Shown: in pieces, positions 28,309-35,333 of the stretch | How the letters are laid out: every line of letters starts with the position of its first letter | Position numbering within the stretch: position 1 is the stretch's first letter | Origin: Bacteroidales bacterium | Lineage (GTDB): Bacteria > Bacteroidota > Bacteroidia > Bacteroidales > JAUNSR01 | NCBI GenBank assembly: GCA_051646395.1 | Contig: JBOFCW010000305.1 | Coordinates: 1 to 35,333, forward strand | Reading direction: 5' to 3' | Length of the DNA: 35,333 nucleotides | Position numbers and translations under genes: made by a program | The notes under the pieces: model-generated | Database searches by the model: none | Seen by the model: only the letters and a program-made list of their open reading frames with translations | Told to the model about the DNA's origin: nothing

Positions 28309-28848
28309 TTATTCTGCGATTACATAAATGTCCTTCAGATTACGTCCCATCTCGTCGTAATCCAAACCATAACCTACGATAAATGCGTTCGGAATCTCCA
28401 ATGCCACATAATCAAGCTTGAGTTCAGGAACTTTCAGCGCTTCCGGTTTGTGAAGCAATGTTGCAATAAGCACCTCTGCCGCACCTTTGTCTTTCAGCTG
28501 CGCGATGATACTCTGCATCGTATAACCGGTATCCACGATATCTTCGATAACCACAACGGTACGATTTGTCACATCCTCAAGCAAACCTGAGATGCATTTA
28601 ACATGACCCGAAGTTTCCATTCCCTCATACGATTTCATACGCATGAACGTGATTTCCGAATCGATACGGATATTTTTATATAAATCAGATGCAAACATAA
28701 ATGCGCCGTTCAGCACACAAATAAACATTGGGTTCTTCCCCTGAAGATCTTTATTCATTTGATCTGCAACACGTTCGATCGCTGCCTGAATCTTTTCAGC
28801 GGAGATAAAAGGTTTGAAAAATTTATCTTTTACTTGAATCGTACTCAT
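28309..28848 (-). CDS. hpt: Hypoxanthine(-guanine) phosphoribosyltransferase
   Basis: 179 aa ORF with the PRPP-binding motif VVVIEDIVDTGYTM. Confidence 0.85.
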   Translation of the reverse strand: MSTIQVKDKFFKPFISAEKIQAAIERVADQMNKDLQGKNPMFICVLNGAFMFASDLYKNIRIDSEITFMRMKSYEGMETSGHVKCISGLLEDVTNRTVVVIEDIVDTGYTMQSIIAQLKDKGAAEVLIATLLHKPEALKVPELKLDYVALEIPNAFIVGYGLDYDEMGRNLKDIYVIAE

Positions 28849-28901
28849 AAGTGGTTATAACTTTTATATAAACGGCAAAAGTACAATAAAATAGCACAAT
28901 G

Positions 28902-28946
28902 AAAAATAGCCGTGTTATTAAAATGGTTAATAACACGGCTATTTTA
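28902..28946 (-). terminator. Terminator (19 bp stem) downstream of the first POT transporter gene
   Basis: AAAATAGCCGTGTTATTAA (28903..28921) pairs with TTAATAACACGGCTATTTT (28927..28945) around a 5 nt loop. A/T runs lie on both sides. Confidence 0.85.
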
Positions 28947-28968
28947 TTTATGATTACATTTTTTAAAC

Positions 28969-30528
28969 TTACTCAACTCCCTGCATCATCTTTTTCAGCA
29001 CGCCTGAAAGCAGAAACAGAATAACTGCGGCCGCTCCCGACATTACGACGAAAAGCATGAAAAAATCAAACAGGTTCTCAATCGGAAATCCCAGAAAAGA
29101 TTTTGCCGCTTTTCCCGGTTCAGGATAAAATCCGGAAAGCGTCCCCGCAAATTTGTTTGCCGCCGAAGTAGACATATACCACACCCCCATCAACAACGAT
29201 GCGAAACGCACCGGTGCCAGCTTATTCACCATCGACAACCCGATGGGCGACAGACAAAGTTCACCCATCGTATGGATGAAGTAAAGCCCCGTTAGCCATA
29301 AGATACTTACTTTCACGCCCGGTTCGATCCCTTTCACTCCGAAAGCGATTACCAGATATCCCAGCGAAAGCAGAAACAACCCGATGGATTGTTTTACCGG
29401 AGAGGCCGGTTCCATCTTGCGACGCCCTAGGAAAGACCATAATCCGGCAAACAAAGGAGCCAGCATTACGATAAAGATCGCGTTGAACGATTGAAAATAA
29501 GAAGCCGGCATTTCCCAACCCAGAATATCACGGTTCGTTTGCTCATCAGCAAAAAAGGTAAGCGAAGCAGCGGCCTGCTCAAACGCAGCCCAGAAGAAAA
29601 TAACGAAAAACGCAATGATATAGATAACCAGAATCCGCTGACGCTCAAGACGGGTCAGACTGTGATCGGTAATGATGAAAGCCGGAAGAACAATACACAA
29701 TGAAAAGATCATCGTTCCGATGAGATCCATTCCTGCTCCGAAATACAATGCGCTCGCCAGCAACACCTCTGCCCCAATCCAGGCTACCAGAGAGAGTTTC
29801 GAACGCGACTTTGCTTTCTGAGCATGCTCAATCACCTGCTCCGGGGTATCGAGGGCCTTTTCCGTAGCCACCGATGTGTTCGGTTTCATGCCAATCTGAA
29901 CACCCTCGGGCGTAACCAGATACTTATTTTTAAACAACTCAAATACGGCTACGCTGATCAGCATACCCACTCCGGCCGAAAGGAATCCCCACTTGAAATC
30001 TGCAGGGCTACCCGTATCTCCGATAAATCCACACCAAAGCGGAGCAATGGAGGCACCCAGATTGATTCCCATATAAAAGATCGTGAAAGCCGCATCCTTA
30101 CGCTTATCCTGAGGTGCATATAGATTTCCGACCATCGTCGAGATATTCGGTTTGAACAAACCGTTACCCAAAATCAGCAATCCCAATCCGCAAAACATCA
30201 GATATTGTGCGATCGCGATGTTCTGGTAATACAAAGCACTGAAAAACATCAGAAACTGCCCCGCAGCCATCAACACTCCCCCCCAGAAAATAGAACGCCG
30301 GTTTCCCCAATAACGGTCTGCGATATAACCGCCCAATAAAGGAGTAAGATAAACCAATCCGGTATAACTTCCGTAAATTTCTGATGCGTAAGCCTTATCA
30401 AACATCAATGCCTTGATCATGAACAGGATAAACAATCCTCTCATTCCGTAGTAGCTGAATCGCTCCCACATTTCTGTAACAAAGAGTAAATAGAGACCTT
30501 TCGGATGACCTTTCGAGACTTTTTCCAT
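28969..30528 (-). CDS. POT/PTR2 family di-/tripeptide:proton symporter (MFS)
   Basis: The motifs ..GHPKGLYLLFVTEMWERFSYYGMRGLFILF.. and ..GGYIADRYWGNRR.. are PTR2 signatures. The ATG at 30528 (MEKVSKGHPKG) is preferred to the TTG at 30549. Confidence 0.85.
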   Translation of the reverse strand: MEKVSKGHPKGLYLLFVTEMWERFSYYGMRGLFILFMIKALMFDKAYASEIYGSYTGLVYLTPLLGGYIADRYWGNRRSIFWGGVLMAAGQFLMFFSALYYQNIAIAQYLMFCGLGLLILGNGLFKPNISTMVGNLYAPQDKRKDAAFTIFYMGINLGASIAPLWCGFIGDTGSPADFKWGFLSAGVGMLISVAVFELFKNKYLVTPEGVQIGMKPNTSVATEKALDTPEQVIEHAQKAKSRSKLSLVAWIGAEVLLASALYFGAGMDLIGTMIFSLCIVLPAFIITDHSLTRLERQRILVIYIIAFFVIFFWAAFEQAAASLTFFADEQTNRDILGWEMPASYFQSFNAIFIVMLAPLFAGLWSFLGRRKMEPASPVKQSIGLFLLSLGYLVIAFGVKGIEPGVKVSILWLTGLYFIHTMGELCLSPIGLSMVNKLAPVRFASLLMGVWYMSTSAANKFAGTLSGFYPEPGKAAKSFLGFPIENLFDFFMLFVVMSGAAAVILFLLSGVLKKMMQGVE

Positions 30529-30566
30529 AATGTGATAAAATATTGTCAATTGATTAACTTCTCTTC

Positions 30567-30574
30567 CAAAGATA
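30567..30574 (-). promoter_or_regulatory. Candidate -7 box (TATCTTTG on the minus strand) for the first POT gene
   Basis: Plus-strand CAAAGATA is the reverse complement of TAnnTTTG, about 40 nt upstream of the ATG at 30528. Confidence 0.45.
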
Positions 30575-30752
30575 TAGCTATACAGGCAAATTACTATACA
30601 AATGATTCATATTTTAAGTTATTTGTAGAATTACGAAACAAAATCAATAATTTTCAATCTTTTAGTCAGCTATTCATTTAAAAACATAATATTTTTAAAA
30701 AAGAATGCTCCTGAAATTCATTTGATTTTCATCTCAGAAGCCGAAAGATTGC

Positions 30753-30797
30753 AAAAACGGCTATCAAAGAACAATATGTACTTTGATAGCCGTTTTT
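30753..30797 (-). terminator. Terminator downstream of the second POT transporter gene
   Basis: AACGGCTATCAAAG pairs with CTTTGATAGCCGTT (14 bp) around an 11 nt loop, flanked by A5 and T5 runs. Confidence 0.85.
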
Positions 30798-30830
30798 AAA
30801 TCCGACAGGAATCTTCCTGAAAGAAGTACC

Positions 30831-32369
30831 TTATTTCGTGATGCGGTTTAACCAACCCAACATCATAATCATCGTAAACATCGAGATACAACATGCTACT
30901 ACGAAAACAGACCAAGTGATCCATAGTGGCACGTGCTCGTAAAGAATCGCCCCGATAAACAACAATTGGTTACCCAATGCCGTAGCACCAAGCCATCCAC
31001 CCTGCATCAGACCCTGATACTGCGGAGGAGCCACTTTCGATACGAACGACAATCCAAGCGGGCTGATAAACAACTCGGCCACAGTCAGGATAAAGTAAAC
31101 GACGATCAACAGATAAGGCGTAACACGCATCGCATCCGGAAGACCACCCATGTTTTGTACATCCTGAGAGTTCGGCAAATCAAGCGATCCGACAACCATC
31201 ACCAGGTAAGCAAGCGCAGCGATACCCATACCGATCGCGATCTTAGCAGGAGCCGCAGGTTCTTTGCCACGAGCACGCAACCAACCGAAAATAGCCAATA
31301 CGACCGGAGTCAGGAACACCACGAAGAATGGGTTCATAGCCTGGAATTGCTCTGCTGTGATATTCATCGAACCGATTTTCAATAATGTATAATCTTTGGC
31401 GAAGAACGTCAGTGTCAAACCATTTTGATGGAATGAGAACCAGAAGAAAATAACAATCGCAAAAACTGCCATCAAAGCCCAGATACGCTGTTTTACTTCA
31501 TGAGCAGACATAACGATTTCTTCTTTGCTCATTTCCTGTTTCGCGTCTGATTTTTTTGCAGACCCTTTTGCTCCCGGAAGATTATTTTTACTGACAAGGA
31601 AAATTACCAATGAGATCAGCATCGCAATGATCGCTACACCGAAAGCATAATGGAATCCTTGTGTAAATACATCCAGATAGCTATTGGCAAACTGCAACAA
31701 CTCACCCGGATTCGTCTCATTCAAACATACAGATGCCGCCAGCTCATTGAAACGGGTCATCGCATCCGGAGTCAGCGTATTGTTAATGAATCCGTGACAA
31801 AGTTCGGGAAGATCCGAGTTATAGGCAAAATTAAACTGCCCCAACCACCATTCACGTACTGCCGGTGCGATAAACGGAGCGAAGATAGCACCCACGTTGA
31901 TAAACATATAAAACAACGAAAAACCTGAGTCTCGTTTCTGATTGTATTCCGGATTATCATACATCTGCCCAACCAGAGCCTGTAGATTCCCTTTGAACAA
32001 ACCGTTACCGAAAGCGATTACGAACAAGCCGAAGCAAGTCATGATCAGATAAGTCATACGCGATCCTTCCGGAGCCGGAGTAGGAGTAGGTATCGTTAGT
32101 AACAAATAACCGACAGCCATCAGAATCAATCCGGTCAGGATTGTTCCTTTATAATTACGGGTTTTATCGGCGATAATCCCCCCCACCAGTGCAAGGATGT
32201 AAATCGAAAAGTAAAATACGGAATAGATGATTCCGGCACTTGTCTTGTCGAGTCCAAACTTCGACATCAGGAAAAGCACCAGGATAGCCATCATGGTATA
32301 GAAGCCAAAACGCTCCCCCATGTTGGCCAAAGAGGCTGCTATCAGCCCTTTCGGTTGTCCTTTGATCAT
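30831..32369 (-). CDS. POT/PTR2 family peptide:proton symporter (second paralogue)
   Basis: 512 aa ORF with ..GQPKGLIAASLANMGERFGFYTMMAILVLF.. and ..GGIIADKTRNYKG... It has a longer central loop than its neighbour. Confidence 0.8.
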   Translation of the reverse strand: MIKGQPKGLIAASLANMGERFGFYTMMAILVLFLMSKFGLDKTSAGIIYSVFYFSIYILALVGGIIADKTRNYKGTILTGLILMAVGYLLLTIPTPTPAPEGSRMTYLIMTCFGLFVIAFGNGLFKGNLQALVGQMYDNPEYNQKRDSGFSLFYMFINVGAIFAPFIAPAVREWWLGQFNFAYNSDLPELCHGFINNTLTPDAMTRFNELAASVCLNETNPGELLQFANSYLDVFTQGFHYAFGVAIIAMLISLVIFLVSKNNLPGAKGSAKKSDAKQEMSKEEIVMSAHEVKQRIWALMAVFAIVIFFWFSFHQNGLTLTFFAKDYTLLKIGSMNITAEQFQAMNPFFVVFLTPVVLAIFGWLRARGKEPAAPAKIAIGMGIAALAYLVMVVGSLDLPNSQDVQNMGGLPDAMRVTPYLLIVVYFILTVAELFISPLGLSFVSKVAPPQYQGLMQGGWLGATALGNQLLFIGAILYEHVPLWITWSVFVVACCISMFTMIMMLGWLNRITK

Positions 32370-32563
32370 AAGAATTGATTTTTAAAGATTGATTTGTGTT
32401 TCTTGCGTTAAAGTTAGTTTAAAAATCATCAATAAAGAACTTCCATCTGTCACTTTGCTCATTTTTAAATAAAAATCACATCCTAAGGCCATAAATTGAC
32501 TCAAAAAACAGAATAGATGACAATCATCCATAGTATATATGCCTGAAAATAATTTTACCGCTA

Positions 32564-32727
32564 CCCTTACCACCCCTCCACCGTCGGTGAGCGTATCGGA
32601 GCACTCCCGGTGGGGGAATACGTGCACCGGCGATGGAGAGGTACGAGCACGTGCGGTGGATTGATACGCACACCGACGACGCTCGGGTACGCTCACCGAC
32701 GATGATCGGATACCTTCACCGACGGTG
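32564..32727. repeat. GC-rich array of seven phased 23 nt imperfect direct repeats, each junction forming a CACCG-N-CGGTG dyad
   Basis: Minus-strand units are aligned at 32724, 32701, 32678, 32655, 32632, 32609 and 32586, with consensus CGnCGGTGnnCGTAYCnnnnCAY. Plus-strand dyads lie at 32579..32589 and 32717..32727 (10/10 matches). Five further dyads sit every 23 bp between them (8-9/10 matches). Confidence 0.85.
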
Positions 32728-32816
32728 GCGCCATCATCTGTAAAGAGGAAAATCGATTTTAGTATTCCGGAATGGAATGAAGGATTAATATGGTAATAAA
32801 GTTACAAAAAAAAGAA

Positions 32817-34241
32817 TCAATTTGCCAATGCATGGCGATAACCTTGCACTTTATTCCAACTACCCCTTGTAAAGTCCGGAATTTCGACCGGAGCCGAATT
32901 ATTTTCGAGTGATATTTTGGTTAATGGCACCAGACAGCACCACTCAGCCAAATCGTATACATCCATATCCAAAGGCAAACCGTTACGAAGGCAATAAACC
33001 AGACGGTAGTCCATGATGTAATCCATTCCTCCGTGGCCACCCACTTTTTTGGCTGTTTCTTCAAGCTCCTGATGAATCGGATGTTTGTATTGTTGCATCA
33101 TCGCCTGTTTAACCTCTTCCGGAACGCAATTGTGCGAATCGAGATTTTCGTGATTTTTCACAATGGTCGTATCCAGCTGCGCATTATCAAAAAGATAGCC
33201 TTCTACCGGATATTTATTGGCAAATCCTTTTGTCCCTGTCAGCTGATACATCCGGCTATACGGACGGGGTGTGGCAACATTGTGTTGAATCTGAATGGTT
33301 TTTCCCTTTTCCGTACGGATCATGGTCATCATATGATCACCATTACTGAAATTACCCAGGTCTTCTCCCCGTACCTGTTGGATGTAATGGGGAATATTGA
33401 CCGATTTAGTGTCAATCGAAACAAGGTAATTCATCTTATCTCCGCGATGAATATCCAGCAACTGGCAGGCAGGCCCCATGCCGTGCGTCGGATATACGTC
33501 GCCGCGATGATCTTTGTTATACTGCAAACGCCAGTCTCCCTCGTAGTCGTTCCAGAAAGATTCCAGATTATGAATATAGGCTCCTTCCGCATGGAGGATT
33601 TCACCGAAAAGCCCTTGTTGAGCCATATTCAATGTTGTCAGTTCAAAAAAGTCATAAACGCAATTCTCGAGCTGCATACAATGCTTACGGGTTCTTTCTG
33701 CCGTATTTACCACTTGCCAGATCTCTTCGAGCGACATGGCAGCCGGCACCTCACAAGCCACATGCTTACCCTGCTCCATCGCATAAATCATCATCGGAGC
33801 ATGCCGTTTCCAGTCGGTAGCGATGTATACCAAATCGATATCCTCCCGTTGGCAAAGCTCTTTCCACGCGTCTTCGCTTCCCCCGTAAAGAGTGGCTTCA
33901 GGCAAACCGGCACCGGTTAGTATTTTCTGAGCCTTTTCGGCCCGATCCGTGTGCAGGTCACAAAGCGCTTTGATCTCTACTCCGGGAATATGTGTAAAAC
34001 GCTGTACGGCACCCGGCCCGCGCATACCCAGGCCGATAAATCCGACCCGAACCACATCCATTTTAGGAGTGACCAGATTTACCACATCCTGCTGTCCGTC
34101 CGGACGTTGTGGTGTTTCCACTGCAATCGGAGCAAATGCCTTTTTATCCGGACTACAGCTGGTAAGAGCCAGATTACAACTAAAAGCCATCAGCAATACC
34201 GCAGCCGTGTGTTTTAAGGAAGTCTTTTTTCTGTGTTTCAT
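32817..34241 (-). CDS. Gfo/Idh/MocA-fold NAD-dependent glycosidase, GH109-like (alpha-N-acetylgalactosaminidase family)
   Basis: 474 aa ORF with a lipoprotein signal (ALTSCSPD). The Rossmann motif VRVGFIGLGMRG is followed by a C-terminal region typical of GH109 (..GGHGGMDYIMDYRLVYCLRNGLPLDMDVYD..). Confidence 0.7.
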   Translation of the reverse strand: MKHRKKTSLKHTAAVLLMAFSCNLALTSCSPDKKAFAPIAVETPQRPDGQQDVVNLVTPKMDVVRVGFIGLGMRGPGAVQRFTHIPGVEIKALCDLHTDRAEKAQKILTGAGLPEATLYGGSEDAWKELCQREDIDLVYIATDWKRHAPMMIYAMEQGKHVACEVPAAMSLEEIWQVVNTAERTRKHCMQLENCVYDFFELTTLNMAQQGLFGEILHAEGAYIHNLESFWNDYEGDWRLQYNKDHRGDVYPTHGMGPACQLLDIHRGDKMNYLVSIDTKSVNIPHYIQQVRGEDLGNFSNGDHMMTMIRTEKGKTIQIQHNVATPRPYSRMYQLTGTKGFANKYPVEGYLFDNAQLDTTIVKNHENLDSHNCVPEEVKQAMMQQYKHPIHQELEETAKKVGGHGGMDYIMDYRLVYCLRNGLPLDMDVYDLAEWCCLVPLTKISLENNSAPVEIPDFTRGSWNKVQGYRHALAN

Positions 34242-34267
34242 TCTATGGTTTATTTTAGGTTTGATAT

Positions 34268-34308
34268 AAAAAAATATCCTGAAAAGATAAATAATCTTTT
34301 CAGGATAT
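34268..34308 (-). terminator. Terminator downstream of the MFS transporter gene
   Basis: ATATCCTGAAAAG (34274..34286) pairs with CTTTTCAGGATAT (34296..34308), a 13 bp stem. A T run follows on the minus strand. Confidence 0.8.
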
Positions 34309-34317
34309 CGGATATAA

Positions 34318-35333
34318 TTATTTCATATTCGGCTCTTCAAGTCCGTATCCTTCTTTCTTATTGACCACTTTCAATAATAAAGCAACTAAAATAGCCGCTA
34401 CCCCAAAAGAAGTAAAAATAATCATCGGAATTTCATAATCATAGGTAACCGTACCATCAGGCAAATCGATTTTAGCATATTTGTCGATTACCCATCCGAT
34501 TAGCATCGGCACCAACATCAATCCGATATTCTGGATATAAAAAATCAGGGAATAAGCAGTACCCAATTGCGATTGAGGCACAATTTTAGGAACCGAAGGC
34601 CACATCGCTGAAGGAACCAATGAAAAGGCAACTCCCAAAACCAACATGATAAATACGGCAAACCACCATTCGTCAAGAATAGGAAGTGCGAAAAGGAAAT
34701 GAACGGAAGCCAACATGACTGAACCGATGGTCATCAGCGTAGCCCCTTTCCCCAACCGGTCATACAAGGAACCGAAAAGAGGAGTAAGAAGGATCGTTCC
34801 GAACGGTAGCAATGCCGGAATATTTCCCGCCAAATCCGGGTCTACATTGTATTTGTAGATCATCAGCTTGGTTGCGAATTTCAAAAACGGGAAGACGCCC
34901 GAATAGAAAAGCACACACAAGATAGCGATCAGCCAGAATCCTTTGTTATTGATGATAAGACGGATGTCGCGCAAATGGAATCCGTCTTCTCCATCTTCCG
35001 ATCCGGTCGCTTCCATCGAATTGTCGAGCTTGCGATCCATTACATTATAAACCATAAAAGAGAGTGTTCCGATGCAAAGTAAAACGGCCGCAAATAGAAT
35101 CGGGTAAGAAAGATGCCCCATATGGCGGGCGATCGGCAGACTCAGACTCAGAGCCGCTGCTGTTCCGATACGGGCCAGAGCGACCTGAATACCCAAAGCA
35201 AGGGCGATTTCATATCCTGTAAACCATTTTACAATGATTTTGGATACGGTATTTCCCGCTACTTCCACTCCGACACCGAAAATCGCGAATCCCAATCCGG
35301 CAGCAAGTACCTGAGAGTTGTAACCGAACACTT
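34318..35333 (-). CDS. MFS transporter, C-terminal ~337 aa (the 5' end lies beyond the right edge of the window)
   Basis: The ORF is open to the window end, so the first codon in the track is not a real start. It is polytopic and hydrophobic with MFS-like loops. Confidence 0.7.
   Translation of the reverse strand, partial: VFGYNSQVLAAGLGFAIFGVGVEVAGNTVSKIIVKWFTGYEIALALGIQVALARIGTAAALSLSLPIARHMGHLSYPILFAAVLLCIGTLSFMVYNVMDRKLDNSMEATGSEDGEDGFHLRDIRLIINNKGFWLIAILCVLFYSGVFPFLKFATKLMIYKYNVDPDLAGNIPALLPFGTILLTPLFGSLYDRLGKGATLMTIGSVMLASVHFLFALPILDEWWFAVFIMLVLGVAFSLVPSAMWPSVPKIVPQSQLGTAYSLIFYIQNIGLMLVPMLIGWVIDKYAKIDLPDGTVTYDYEIPMIIFTSFGVAAILVALLLKVVNKKEGYGLEEPNMK

Noticed and set aside
29316-29330. 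GGTTCGATCC, which resembles a tRNA T-arm
   Set aside because: It lies inside the POT transporter coding sequence, with no acceptor, D-arm or anticodon-arm pairing around it.
32382-32696. 104 aa minus-strand ORF spanning the GC-rich repeat array
   Set aside because: It owes its length to the stop-poor GC-rich 23 nt repeats, and a period of 23 is not divisible by 3. It has an odd Arg/Pro/Ser-rich composition and no start context, so it is most likely not coding.
32766-32775. 10 bp palindrome ATTCCGGAAT just downstream of the GH109 stop codon
   Set aside because: It is a short isolated palindrome with no loop and no U tract, and such a match is expected by chance at this length in 35 kb.
33033-33920. 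295 aa plus-strand ORF antisense to the GH109-like gene, and similar long shadow ORFs (9064..9639, 26408..26890, 30933..31385, 3657..4016)
   Set aside because: All lie entirely within strongly supported genes on the opposite strand or in another frame. Their translations are low-complexity or biased, which is typical of shadow ORFs.

Overview
This is a chromosomal segment from a Bacteroidota genome, probably order Bacteroidales. The evidence is a SusC/SusD pair, the T9SS genes porW/sprE and porX, lipoprotein signal peptides, Bacteroides-type TAnnTTTG -7 boxes and no Shine-Dalgarno sites. The gene content is mostly ordinary. It includes the 3' part of a PUL (susC, susD and a truncated lipoprotein, minus strand), ansA, aroA, a metal ABC permease, porW/sprE-porX-tsaE and an M16 peptidase. 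It also includes an RND efflux operon (adaptor, pump, TolC-like), a VOC protein, a BACON lipoprotein and a MATE exporter. On the minus strand are obg, adk, hpt, two tandem POT peptide transporters, a GH109-like oxidoreductase/glycosidase and a truncated MFS transporter. All product calls rest on motifs I recognise in the translations; I ran no database search. Three non-coding structures stand out. (1) A ~96-97 nt structured repeat occurs six times. Three copies inflate the normally tiny susC-susD spacer to 302 nt, and three more fill the susD-lipoprotein spacer. Each unit starts with ATGAAA behind an AT-rich linker that matches the real translation-initiation regions of susD and the lipoprotein gene. 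(2) A GC-rich island between the GH109 gene and a POT transporter consists of seven phased 23-nt repeats, each junction forming a CACCG-N-CGGTG dyad. (3) An ORF-free ~380 nt gap between ansA and aroA has its own minus-strand promoter-like box and intrinsic terminator, making it a candidate sRNA. I see no CRISPR array, tRNA/rRNA gene, transposase or integrase.
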